Shown here piece after piece: positions 50,201-63,300 of a stretch of DNA of 64,000 nucleotides. Source of the stretch: Mobula hypostoma (lineage: Eukaryota); NCBI RefSeq assembly GCF_963921235.1, contig NC_086108.1, positions 81,904,001 through 81,968,000 of the forward strand. Reading direction: 5' to 3'. The position numbers were made by a program, and so were the translations under genes. How positions within the stretch are numbered: the first letter of the stretch is position 1; every line of letters begins with the position of its first letter. The notes beneath the pieces are model-generated. The model was not told where the DNA came from. It did not search any database and was given only the letters and a program-made list of their open reading frames with translations.

Positions 50201-51620
50201 CTGGTGAATTCATTGTTGGACAACGTGATGGAGTCCAGGTATGGGGCTGGCAACTTGGCTTCACCCAGGGAGAACGTTTGAAAAGTCTTGGCGTGGACTA
50301 GTCGCTTCCCTTGCAGGTCGACCAGCAGGCTGTGGGCTCGCAGAAAATCTGCCCCCAGGAGTGGTTGGGCCACGGCGGCCAGTGTGAAGTCCCACGTGAA
50401 CTGGCTGGAGCTGAACTGTAGCCGCACCATGCGGGTGCCGTAGGTTCGTATTGTGCTGCCATTTGCGGCCCTCAGTGTGGTCCCGGTTCTCTGTTGCGGG
50501 TGTCGTAACTCATTGGAGGTAAAACGCTGATCTCCTCTCCGGTGTCGACCAAAAATCGGCGTCCTGACCGCTTGTCCCAGAAATACAAGAGGTTGTCCTG
50601 ATGGCCAGCCGCCGTAGCCATCAGCGGCGGCTGGGCCTTGGCATTTCCCGGGAATTTGCAGGGTGGTCTACAGCGGCGGGCCTCTGTGCCCCACCGCTGG
50701 TGGTAGAAGCACCATTGTTCGTTGGGCTCTGCTGCCGGGCCTGGTCTGGTCTGTCGTTGGGTACACGGCTTGGTGATCTGTGCGACGGATGCCCCTCTCT
50801 CCTTCTTGGCATTCCACAACACATCTGCTCGGGCCGCCACCTCCCGGGGGTCGCTGAAATCTGTGTCGGATAGCAGCAGGCGTATGTCCTCGGGCAGTTG
50901 CTCTAGGAACGCCTGCTCAAACATGAGGCAGGGTTTGTGTCCTTCAGCCAGGGCCAGCATTTCGTTCATTAATGCTGACGGCGGCCTGTCTCCCAAACCA
51001 TCCAGGTGCATTAAGCGGCGTGCTCGTTCGCGCCGTGAGAGTCCGAAAGTCCTTATGAGCAGGGCTTTGAATGCTGTGTATTTGCCGTTCTCCGGGGGCA
51101 ACTGTATAAACTCCTCAACTTGTGCGGCAGTCTCCTGGTCGAGGGAGCTCAGCACGTAGTAGTAGCGAGTGGACTCCGAGGTTATCTGCCGAATGTGGAA
51201 TTGTGCTTCTGCCTGTTCCAACCACAGACAGGGTCTCAGCAGCCAAAAGCCTGGCAGTTGTAACAAAACTGCGTGAACAGATGCGGCGTCGGTCATCTCT
51301 GGCCCAAATATCGTTTGGGCCGTCGGGGTCACCAAATGTAACGGTGCGCTACACACAGCGCTAGAATAACCACACGGAGCCGGTGAGTTGGAGTTGCGAT
51401 AAAGAGATTTATTCAAACTTCGCAGCCTGCTTTAAAACCTTCCCGTTCCCGCCCTCCCTGGGCGGGACTGCTGTGGGGAATGCATATTCCCAGACCCTTT
51501 CCGCGTGCGGGATTTTCCCCCTGCTGGTGAAGATGGCCTGGCGCCCTTTTTGGGGCCGGCCCTCTGCCTGCGCGCGCTGTTGTGAGTCGGTTCGTGGGTG
51601 CCAGAAAGTGGGTCGCCACA
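47267..51620 (-). mobile_element. Full-length Gypsy/Ty3 LTR retrotransposon, CsRn1-like
   Basis: 284-bp TG..CA LTRs at 47267-47550 and 51337-51620 with about 16 differences, and a 4-bp TSD GTCA. tRNA-Trp PBS TGGTGACCCCGACG at 51334-51321 and a G-rich PPT next to 47551. Confidence 0.96.
47493..51296 (-). pseudogene. gag-pol (Gag with CHCC motif, protease, RT, RNase H, integrase) with about 3 lesions
   Basis: [48 protein letters not shown] and the DDE core. Frameshifts near 50472 and 49325, and a TAA at 49804-49806. Confidence 0.92.
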
Positions 51621-51971
51621 GTCACATGAATATCCAGGGTAAGGAGAGATAGAAATCATGTGCAGGCAGTAGAGATTTAATTTAATTTGGCATCATGTTT
51701 GGCATAGATATTGTGGGTCGAAGGATCTTTGCCTGTAATATGCTGTTATTTGTTCAGTTTTATAAATGAACAACAGTTTTTGCACTTCAAAAGATATTTA
51801 TGCAGTTACAGAAAGACTGGTTGTCCCGAGCTTGTGTATATTGCTGTATAAAAAAGTCTTTTCAGATTAAAATTCAGTCTTAACTGGAGAACTTTTTTTG
51901 ACTTCAAGACAGCCTAGATTTAAATGTCACAACAAAATAAAACCCTAAGATATCAACTTATTTTGCAACAG

Positions 51972-52082
51972 GATACATTAGCCTATGCTACAGCCCTTTT
52001 GAATGAGAAGGAACAATCTGGGAGCAGTAATGGTTCAGAAGGCAGCCCAGCTGCAGAGAATGGAGATAGAACTCTTCGACAG
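51972..52082 (+). CDS. USP24: USP24 coding exon (DTLAYATALLNEKEQSGSSNGSEGSPAAENGDRTLRQ)
   Basis: caacag| acceptor, |gtaaga donor, 111 nt. DTLAYATALLNEKEQSGSSNGSE. Confidence 0.95.
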
Positions 52083-52589
52083 GTAAGAGGACTTCCTTAA
52101 TAATTCAATGTAAATTTCAGGAAAACAGCTACAAAATATTATGAATAAAATGACAGGTAAATATTGTGAACTTACAATATAATAAATATTAAAAACAAAC
52201 TTAAATATTGATGTATTTTACAACTCAGGAACTTGTCCATGCAATTAATTTAATGATTGTCAAAGTTGGAAGTATAACATCTAAGTAGTGGTGTATTTTA
52301 AAATGGAAACATGGTCCTATTTTTAAAATGCTATCATTTTAATATAAATTAGTGAATACATTGCAGTTTAATTCTTCTTGGTATCAAACCTCCGCCCTCA
52401 AGTTCATGTGCATTTTACGATGCAATGACTACACTAATTCAGTCCCTCTCAGGAGATAAAGATTAAAGCGGACCTGTTGATGTTTTTTATTGCAGATTTT
52501 ACATTTATATTCTGCAGAGTTAACTTTATTAATAGATTCCTAAAGAAAAATAAACCATCTACTTTCTTCCTCATAGAATTTAGATTTTG

Positions 52590-53187
52590 CATGAGGTGTT
52601 CCCCTTGGACTACAAGAGTGCAGGATGTAATGCTGAGACTCTGTAAGACATTGGAATTTTGTGAGCAGTTTTGGGCCTCTTACCTAAGAAAGGATGTGCT
52701 GGTATTGGAAAAGATCCAGAAGGGGTTTATGAGAATAAAAAAGTTAACCAATGAGAGGAATGTTTGATGGCTCTGGGCCTGTACTCGCTGCTCGCTGTTT
52801 AGAAGAATGAGGGGGAAACTCACTGAAACCGATCAATTATTGAAAGACCTAAATAGAGCGGATGTGGAGAGGATGTTTCCTATCGTGGAGGAGTCTAGAA
52901 CCAGAGGGGACAGTCTCAGAATAGTGGGATGTCTCCATTAGAACAGAAATGCAGGGGAATTTATTTAGCCAGTCGGTAATGAATCTGTACAATTCATTGC
53001 CACAGACGGCTGTGGGTGCCAAGTCATTTTGTATACTTAAAGTGGAGGTTGATAGATTCTTGATTAGTAAGGGTGTCAAAGGTTTATGGGGAGGAAAGTG
53101 TTGAGAGGGATAATAAGTCAGCCAAAATTGGTGAAGCAGACTCAATCGGCCGAATGCCCTAATTCTGCTCTTATGTCTTATGGTCTT
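52590..53187 (+). mobile_element. CR1 LINE 3' fragment
   Basis: LEFCEQFWASYLRKDV and a CR1 3' UTR. Confidence 0.8.
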
Positions 53188-53507
53188 AAAATTCAGTGCA
53201 CAGGATCTTCTGAGAACATCTGCAAGAGAGAGGTTAATATACTGGTCCAAAACCTTATTCAAAATGCCATTCATCTGTATTTCTGTTTCAAATGACTCAT
53301 TTCTTCTGTGTTTTTGATGTTTTTATATTTTTCTCTCAAAAGGTTTAGTGCGTTTTAGAACAAATGCAAGAAACTGAGAAAACCATTCTATATTTCTCTT
53401 TTCATCATGGCTTTGCAGCATGCAAGTGTTGTTATCTTTAAGGTACTGCAATTTTTAAGCCTAATAAGGTCTGACTTGTAACGCCTCTGTTTTTATTTCA
53501 AACTTAG

Positions 53508-53570
53508 GGCTCAGAATCACCAATGATGCTTGGTGAATCTAAAAGTGATTTTGATGATATGGATCCATAA
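53508..53570 (+). CDS. USP24: USP24 last coding exon (GSESPMMLGESKSDFDDMDP*)
   Basis: cttag| acceptor and TAA at 53568-70. Matches the USP24 C-terminus GSESPMM.GE..SD.DD.DP. Confidence 0.94.
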   Translation, partial: GSESPMMLGESKSDFDDMDP

Positions 53571-56500
53571 AAACAACTGGAGATTCCTTTGGACAATGCT
53601 TGGTGTCAATTAACTTAATTAGTGCTGAATGACTAAGCACTGTACCAGATGGCTTTAGGCACCATTCAATTTGGAGAAGGTGCACAGACTCCCAGGTTGC
53701 AGATTGCAGGCACTGTTGCAAAGCAAACCTTGCCAAGAGTTGTTCAAGACTTAATGCAAGTCTGTCTTGTTCTTTGAAGATTTTGTATGGAGAAGGATAA
53801 TTTGATTGTGCTTGTGAATATATGAAAGAGGAAATTTTTATCTAATGCTTTCAGTAGTAACTGCGGAGGATTTAATTAAGATTTTCATACAATCTTGGTG
53901 AAAGAAGAGCTTGTTAATTTGTGTATTATAGTTCCCAGAGTTTGGAGTAACAAAATCCTTTGTGGTACTACGTTATAGAGATTTAATTTTATTTGTATAA
54001 TAGAGCATCTGATAAATCTGTTCATTTTAGGTCACGATTTGTTTGTTGGAATATTTAATAGGTTCCAGGTGCTTTTGCAAAGAGGAATCTTGGTGAACAA
54101 GAATGTACTCTCTTCATGAGTGTGTCTATTGTGTTACATTTTTTAATTGCAACCTGGAGCATTATTAAATATTAGATTAATCCTTTAATAAAGGCAACAC
54201 TCATTTTTTAAAAATTCATATGACCAGCTGCCATTTTCCAATGAGATTGATGTTAACAATGTTTATTTTGTTTTGAGAAGCTCAGAGTCTAATCTTTATT
54301 GCCCTTTATGCAATAGGTGTTAGAATTTTAGTTGGAGAGTTATTAACTGATGTTTCATTACAATGTCTTGTATCACATTATTTTGATCGCACCATAAATT
54401 TGCATTCTGTTTTAAAGATGGCCTTAATTTGTTTTAAAAATTACATTTTAACACCTTTTACAATAGAAATAGAATATGTTATGGGCAAGTGTGTAATATT
54501 CACCTACACTAGTAAATTCATGCATGTTATATTACTATGTCTTAAGTTACCAACCCAGTAAATTATGAGAAAAGAGGGCACCTACATAGTATGTATATTT
54601 ATCACTGGGTTTACAGAATATACATGACATCAAACAGTTTATAACCATGAAAGATTCATTGTTTTCATTTCACAGGGTCTTAAAAGAATTTGTATTTTTC
54701 CCTTTATATGTAACATGTGCAACTAGATGATTTGCACCCAAGCCTCTTCCCATATTGCTGCAGACTGAACTGCCTGAAACTTCCCTCCTCCTCTGTAGAA
54801 AATCCTTTTAGCATCTTTCTGTGGCACCAATAAGATGAGCTTGCATGGTAAGCATTTACTGACACATACAGAATAGCCATATAGAAATATAGAACACAGC
54901 TCAAGCTCTTGCACTGTATCTGAGTACTATTTAGTAAACTCCATCCGGTTGGGTGGATTCTCATTTCCAGTGTGTCCTGTAGTACATATTGTTACAAAAG
55001 GGTTAACATTTGACTTAAACTTTCATTGATGAATTTCTATCCGCTTTTAAACCAGTAATCTTATTGGTATTGTGCACTTGTCCATTACATAGTTGAGCTT
55101 GTGGTGCGACAGTCAAATTATCAGTTATGGCTACTTGTGCTTTAGGAGAAAAGGGAATGGGAAAGAAAGATGTCAGTGAAGCATATAACCCTTGGAATGT
55201 CTTTGGCATTATCACTACAGTAGAGGCTTGGCATGAATTGGTAAATTGATACAGGAAATTTAAACCATCTTTAATGTGATGGACCTGAGAGAAATTACCC
55301 GTTTCTTCCTTGGCTTCTGTGTGTTGAGTTGAAGTATCAATTTGAATTTACAATGCATTAACCCATAAGGGTTTGACAAAGAAATTCTCAGCACTTTCCA
55401 ACCAAGGAAGAAAGTTGTTTAAGCTAGTAACCCCAATGGAAATAAAATTAATTTACCTATCTTGAAAATTTTTAGATTTTCTGTGATGATTCATAGACTT
55501 GTACAGGGAGGGTCAATGAAATATATTGTATTATTGGTTCTGAAAAGAACAGCAAATTCTCATTCCCACTTAGTCTGAAATCAAATAAAATTGGATTGGT
55601 TGGTTGCCACCTAATTAGTGCTTAAAAGCCACTTTAACACAATTCTGGGTATGTAGCTAGATCAGTCATAAGAAATCTGTATGGTGAGAAAACCAAGCAA
55701 CTAACTTTCAAAAATCCAATCTCACAAATTTGGCAGATTAGCAATTAAATTGTCACACACTATGTTTCTTGTCAACTTTAAAGTAGTTGAAACATGTACA
55801 GTAAACTTTAATGTTCCTTTTTTTCCGCACTAGAACATCTGGATATTTTAGCTTATCTAGCCATCCCCACACTATCAAATTTTGATTTAGACTGGCAGTG
55901 AGCATAAAACTACACTGGAAATACCTGACTTGTTTCAAGAGCAGTAATCTGCAGCCAGTTTTGAGTCATTGTGGTCAATCTTCTGCAAGTAGATTTATGA
56001 ATAGAATATGGCAGTGTTTGGAAATTCAAATGAATTCAGAAATAGGCAGCTGGGCTGTGGTTGCTACTTAAGCAATGTCTTAATGGACAGAACACCTTCA
56101 GAATATACAGTGCATTAATCTCTTCAATAGCCCATGGAAAATGTACTAAAGCACTATTTATGTCGTAAAGTCATGAAATAAGCACTATTTTCTGGTTAGG
56201 TTTTTAAGGTATTTGTACAATGTTCAATAAGAGCTTTTTTAAAGTTGCAGTTTGCTTTGTTAAAATGTAAGTGTATCAGCTTTTAATCAAAATGTTCACC
56301 TCTATTTAGAAATATTGTTGGCTAACTTGCAATCAAATTCATTTTTAGATTATAAGTATGCTATGGTTAATTTAAAACACCCAACCAATGTGAACCTTTG
56401 TTAATTACAAACAATGGTGAAGGAAGACTGAACAGAAGTACAGATGCAACATCCTGGAGACATTTTGACATATGTTTAGGTTAATGCTGTTAAGGGTTAA

Positions 56501-59500
56501 GATCATTATTTTTTCTTCAGTCTAATTGAAACTTTTTAGAAATATGGAAGATATATTTGCGGGTTGACTACATCACTCTTGCTACTGTATTGCAGGCTGA
56601 ATCTGCTGAAAGGCTACCATAGAATATTATAGTGAGAATAATGTAAATTACCTCCTGGGAATCACTGGAAACTAATGAGACTGTGTAGGCTGAATTGTGG
56701 TAACAAATGAATGTGTGGTGAGTGGGTTGCATACTATTCCCACCACTACTTTATTAGCCTCCATTTTGTGCCAATTTATGAATTACTTGGTGAAATGCAG
56801 GAGACTTTTTAAGTTTGTCCTTTTGTATGCAAGGTTTTTGTTGCCATATGTTAATGAATAGGCCTTTGATCTTCTGCCTTACTATACAGTCACAGTATAC
56901 CAAGAGTAACACATCTTGGAGGTCAGTCTTTCATCAAATGACAGTGTCCACTAAGGACCACCAAGCCAAAGGCACAGATGGCCACAAGTGCCTTTTTTAT
57001 TTTTGCTGGATCTCAGAATAAAATTTTAGTACATTAGCCACCTGATAATGAGAGTGCTGGTTGTTTAGTTTCTAGCCTAGTTGTCTTTTTAACTATTTAT
57101 TAGCAGTCTATCTGTAGGAGCTGCACAGTGCTGTCAGTTGCAAATTGCCAACGTCTACTTCAATAATTCTAATGCCAATGAGCAAAAATGCTGAAAATTG
57201 CATGCTCACCAGAGCCAAAATGATTGTTGATTTATGGTATCGCTTCTAATGCGGACATCAGTGGGTTGATAGAAGATTTACTTGACTGTCTATTATTTTA
57301 CTAGTTATTATTAACATGGGCAATGAAGTGGTTAGCATTAATTAGAAGCTACTAATATTTCATTCCACACAATTTCCTATGCAAGTGTAAAGGGGTCTTA
57401 TTGTTGCAAAATGATATGTTCATTTTTGCCATCTGGCATCTTTAGGGATAGCCTTATCAGCAGAGTCCAGAGGTGAAATTAAAATCCATCTGCTCTGCTT
57501 GAAATTGTGACTTGTTCATAGTCTCTGAAAAAGCATCCCTTAGAGTACCAATATGCATTTCTATTTTCTATAGATCTTTCTGACTGATTTTCACAACCCA
57601 AAGCCTCCTTAAATGAGGTTTGAGCAGTTCTTCAGAAGATGTTCATGTGCATTATGAAATCGTTTTGGAGAGTTTTTTCAAAGTAAATCCAAATACTATA
57701 CTTTCATCTACATTAGAGATTTTTATTTGATCAATTTTGGAGCTGGAGTTGACTCAAAGGTCATAGGTGCATGTTTTTTTTAATCCCTTTCATTACTTAT
57801 TCCAATGAGTGTGATGCTGTTTGATTAGGTATTAACAGGTCTGGATTTTTCCCTCTAGTAGAACATAGAACACTGTATCACAGGAACAGACTCTTCAGCC
57901 TGTAGTGTTGTGTCGATCTAAGTAAATTAGTAATCAAATGGGCAATTAATCTAATATCCTCTGTCTACACCATGTCCATATCCTTCCACTTTCCTCACAT
58001 TAATGTGCCTATCTAAATGTTTCTTAAAAGTCTCTAATGTATCTGTCGCTACCGCCACCCCAGACAGCACATTCCAGGCACCCACCAGTAAAGAACTTGT
58101 CCCTCACATCTCCTTTGAAATTACCTCCTCTCACCTTAAATACGTGCCCTCCGGTTTTAGACATTTCAACCCTGGGGAAAAAGATACTGTCTACTGTCTA
58201 GAAATTCCTGTTTCCTTCTTCCCATGAGACCTTTGTTGTTTAACTTTGATTCGTCCTGATAAGCACAATCAGATTGCCTACAGTCACACTTCTCCAATAT
58301 TTTAACCTCTTGAGGTAACTACTAAGAAATTAACAAGTTTGACAAGCTGTTTCCCTCCTCTTTTTAGAAGGACCCACATTCATTCTTGCCGCTTTCAGTA
58401 AAGTAAACCTTCGGTTGCCATAAACTAACCTCAGAAGTTGAATTTTGGATTGAGTCACATATTGGTTTACCAAAAGAAAAGTTGCACTAAATAATGTAGA
58501 TTAGCTTCAGGTAATCTAACCCTGCAGCCCGAGCTCTTTAGGCATTAGCATTCCGCTTTAGACCATAATTTAGGAGCAGAATTAGGCCATTTTGGCCCAT
58601 TGAGTTTGTTCTGCCTTTTCAACATGCCTGATCCAATTTTCCTCTCAGCCCCAATCTTCATTTATGGTTTTTGAGTTTAAAAACTGAATCTCATTTCTAC
58701 TCACATCAGAGACAGTAAACTGGATCATACTGCTAATGTATCTTCTAAATGGGCCATTCCGCCAGATATCCTAACAAACAAAAGTGTTATTTCAATCCAC
58801 GATTAAAAGACAAACAGAATACTTTTGTTCCTACTAGTCTGATTGAATGGGCATAGAATGGCAGACTTGGGGTCAAGTCCTGGGGATTTTGCGGTGACAT
58901 GCTAGTTTTTATTGTCAAGATCTGCATAAACTATTTTTTTTTAAGAAGGAGACTGTTCCTTCTGTGCCTTACTATTCAAATTTCTCTTTCCACCAGCTAT
59001 AGCTCCTTTGCACTTAACAGAAGATGACTCAATCAGTTTAGTTACAGCTCTTTAACCTTACTACTAGACCTTTAAGCAGTTCTGCTTTTTCGTGGAGTCT
59101 ACAAACAAATTCTCCTTTGTAATTCATAAATGCCCTTTTTAATCCTGACTTCTTTCCTTGGTTCCCTGCCACACACTGCAGTATTGTAAATATTCATTCT
59201 AACCTCCTTCCTGTTAATAATTTAAATTTTCACAAAAATAAAAAAATCTTGATGATTACTTGTGCTATCATTGTCAGCAAGATAAAGCATGAATTAAGGA
59301 AAATTAATGTTGTGGCAGTATTGCGGGATCACCCCACTCATCTCAGCATTTGAAAATGATACCATATACAGTATATCATATGAAGTAACATCTGAGGAAC
59401 TGATGGGACCATTGAGTTATTGCTTCTGAAATAAATTTTAAATGAATTCATTAGCCTTATTGTGATAGAAATCTGTAAGTAGTACTGAAGGTTATGTTAC

Positions 59501-61030
59501 AACTCTGTAACCTAAAGGCAACATTCTCTCACCAGTAAGTGACTGAATGCTGGTCAACATCTATTGGAAGTTGAAATGTGACCTTAATTCAGCATTTTAT
59601 CTTACTGTAGCAAAATTGGAATTCAATAATTTTTCTAAGCCTTTTATTAATGCAACCAAGCTGGGAAGGGCAAATGATGATCTGCCTGGCATAACTGCCC
59701 AATTTAGTGCTGAAATGGTCACCCATCCCAATTTGAATCCCATCAGGGTAGACACAAGAGGGACAAAATGGAGGATTCATGAAGGGCTATGCTATGTGCA
59801 ATAGGGTTTTTATTTCAGATCCTACAAAGAGCCTTGAATAGCAGTATCTACTGAACCCAAATACAATACTTTAAGACAAAACTCATTATAGTTTTGATTT
59901 AATGACCATTTAAAATACTTCTGAATTATGTTGAATGTATTAGATAGCCTATGATGCTAACTTTGTTTACACAAAATTGTAGCCAATAATCATTTGATTC
60001 AAAAGACTGCAATAAGTATATTGCAGTATCTTGTCAAAAGAGGAACATATTCCTCTGACATAAAGAATTTCAAGACGTACACTTTCCTGTGCCAATGATC
60101 TTCCTTGTGGTTATATTTGCTATTTGAGAGTAAATGTATTGTTATGCAAAAAAATCCTTTTAGTTTTCCAACATTGCAATGAAAACATTTTTGTCGCTTA
60201 AGATGCAGTTCCCCACTGATGTTAAATATTATTTGAAAACCTGTTTCAAATAAAACTAGGCATTGAAATGTTTATCAAGGTGGATGTGATGTATCTTTAT
60301 GAATATTTGCCTTCAAAATATTTTTCAGATAAATAATGAAATGGGTCAGTCTTTGTGACAAACCTGGTTTTTTTTTTTAAATCCTACTATCGTACACTCC
60401 TTCATGGCTGCCTCTCTGAAATGACCTGATTCTGTGAAAGATGTGTTTAGTGTTGTGAAGAATGCTTAATTCTCTATCCATACAGTTTTTCAAAAGCCTG
60501 TGTGGAATATCCCATTAGACTCCGAACATAACAGAGGAGGAGGAATAAAAACAGAAATCTAGTCCATCTTGTATAGATCGCATGTTTGGTCAGTATAGTT
60601 GGTCATAGTCCATAAAGAAGCTGACTCTAGAAAGGGAATATTGTACTTTGTGGATAATGACTGGAAAGGTCAAGGGAGAAATGAATTTGTCCGTTAGTCT
60701 AACATGCAAAAAGTGCAACCAGTAAGTCTTTGTCCTTATTCCTAAACATCACTGCTCAACGAACAATGGTGCATTGTCCATGTGTGTTACAGTTAAATTT
60801 TGTATTGCCCAGGGAATGTTTGTATGCTGTAATGTTGATCTTTTTTTTAATTAAAAAAAGATATTGAAAGTAACTTAAATAAAATGATTTTAAAAGATGC
60901 ATTACCCACTTTGTATTTTGGTTTGAATGTGAAAAGTTTCAGGCAAACAGCAAAGACTTTATAAAACAAGTAATCTGTCAGTAAAATGCACATGTGAGCT
61001 CAAATGAACTTAATAAATTTTGCCATGTAA
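53571..61030 (+). other. USP24: Putative long USP24 3' UTR (end uncertain)
   Basis: AT-rich and almost free of repeats to about 57.8 kb, unlike the introns. AATAAA candidates at 54187, 60878 and 61012. Old LINE sequence resumes after about 61.1 kb. Confidence 0.5.
57860..58200 (-). mobile_element. CR1-type 3' end or CR1-mobilised SINE fragment
   Basis: Reverse complement of a CR1 3' tail (tagaacatagaacac..acaggaacag..cttcagcc). Confidence 0.6.
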
Positions 61031-63184
61031 ACATGTCTAGCACTTATCTTTGGTAAACCTTTCTAACCACACTTTCACCTTTCCCTGAGGTTCAGCCTCG
61101 CGCAAACAGAGTTCGAAAAAGCATCATGCAGTGATGACATCAGATATCAGCCTACCATCATCACCTCTTTGACCCACTCCACTCCTAACATGTGCCTAAA
61201 TTGTCAGATTGCTTGTCCGGCTTCTACCAGTGGAGAAGTAGGGAGTACTTCACCCAAACATGAGTACATTGAATTCACTGTCTTCATTCTTGGCTATTTA
61301 TTCAATCAATCTCCCTGAAAATGAGCTATACATTACACAACCTCAATAACATGTTTAGTCAAGATCTGAGCTGCTCACCACACATACCATTAGGTGGACC
61401 ATTTATTTCCTTCTCCAGTTAGCTCCATCTCTCCACCTTCCTCAGCTCACCTGCTGCTGCTCCCATCTATTGTTGCCTCCGGTCTTAAATATTCTAATGC
61501 ATTGACTGGCTTCCCCCACTCATAAACTTGCGATCAACTAAAACTCTGCTGCTTATTCATTTTCAGTTAATCCCATGCAACTATCATCCTTTACTGATTA
61601 AGCAATTCCTTAATTTTATAATGATCAACTTCATTTTTAAATCCCTCTTTGACTTAATATCTTTGTGATCTCCTCCTGCCGTCTCTTGATGTGTCTGCAC
61701 TCCCGGTCAACCAGATTAATTTTTCCACTATTGGCTGTTGTGACTTCAGCCTAGGCTGTGAATTTCCATCTCTCTTTGATATTCCTAGAAACAAGCTTTA
61801 ACCAAACTTTCAATTATTTGCCCTAACCCCTCTTCATATGATTCAATTTTTGTTAATGGTCTTCAAAGGCCTTTTGTTCCATTGTGGATGAGTATGCTGT
61901 TTAGAAATGCCTTTAATAACCCTGGCCTCTTAATTTCTCCATTGCTGTGCTCTCATTATAGTGCTATTGATGATTTAGGTCATATTAATTGGAAGTCCAT
62001 ATAAATCTTTACTCCTGGTTATGCTTCAATCCTTTCAAACCCTCTAAAATCCACTCTTCAATTTGGCTTTTAAACAACCCTTCCTTATGGCTCTGATTTT
62101 GTTCTGCTATGTTGAAAATGCTCTTTAAATGTTAATTGTTTTGACACTGGCTTTCTTCAATTGAAGACAATATATTTGCAAAAAAAGCAGGAGTTTGTAT
62201 TTACAATCTCATCCTCAAGACATCCTGTATTAAATATGTTACTGACATTTAAGTTTACTTTAATTTGAAGGTATTATGCAAGCAGAATTTTTGTAAGGAC
62301 TAGCATGATCTCATACCCTGTATTGAGATTTTTAAAAATTATTACCTTATGATGAGAGGTAAATGTCAAGCCAAGTGGATGAAAGAAAATTTGAGGGTTA
62401 TGTTGAAGAGAAGGCTTGGATTCATCTTGGTTAAACAGTTGGCACGACATCATAGGCTGAAGGACCTGTACTGTTCTATATTCAGAGCATCTCTGATCTC
62501 TGAGTCTGAATTGTCAGCCTAGATTCTTAAAGCCACAAAATAACTGGTGTGTGAAAAAGAAACTAAATAGCAAGCAAGTCTTTCGGATAATAGATCCCTT
62601 GAATATAAAAATTTTGAATGCCAAAATTGTACTTTGACCTTTTGTAAGGGAAGCAGAATTCCTTTAATGATATGGACTGTGATGGTGTAAATACTTGAAA
62701 AAAGCATTGCAGTTCTGGTTGAACTGAGACCAAAGTTAAGTGGTCACATGGTAGTCCTGTACTAAGCAACAATATTGTTCCATGGATTATTCATGTGCAA
62801 TTTTATATAACTGCCAACATAGTCAGCAGAAGGGCAGTTTGGAACACTACTTGATTTGTAGGATATAAAGACTTAGAAAAAGTTTATTACCACCAAATTT
62901 TGGCCATATTAGGCACAGGATTGTTTGTATTAACGTGTAACTGCTATTTTGAAAACCTGACAGTGAAGTATTCTGAGACGTCATCTGTCCACTTCCTTCC
63001 AGAAATGCTGCCTAACCCACTGCATTCCTCCAGCAGCTTGCCTTTTGCTCCAGATTACAGCATTTGTGTTCTGTTGTCTTCTGCTTAGTTGTCACATTGG
63101 TCATATCTATAAACTAATAACAGTTTTCAGCATCACTTGAAACCAAATGCAATTTATCTTGGTAATGTCAGTCGATCTCTGGTG

Positions 63185-63300
63185 AAGGAAAAAGATGACC
63201 ATTTTATTGATATAAAGCAGTTTTAGCTTTATTAACATGTGTAATGTATACAAAACAGTACAAAAAAGTATAAAATCATATTCTCAAAAATATTTACAGA
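63185..63300 (-). terminator. Probable polyadenylation region of a convergent minus-strand gene
   Basis: The minus strand reads TGTAAATA (63298-63291), then U-rich/TGTA tracts, then two AATAAA (63233-63228 and 63208-63203). Confidence 0.5.

Larger units (their letters stand above)
46400..51755 (+). mobile_element. Old CR1 3' fragment (46400-47262 plus 51625-51755) hosting a PLE piece and the Gypsy element
   Basis: FEDDIKIRG and DKCELLHFG remnants. The sequence is continuous across the GTCA TSD. Confidence 0.7.

Noticed and set aside
47313..51659. Many + strand ORFs overlapping the Gypsy element
   Set aside because: These are shadow ORFs opposite a GC-rich gag-pol with no recognisable motifs.
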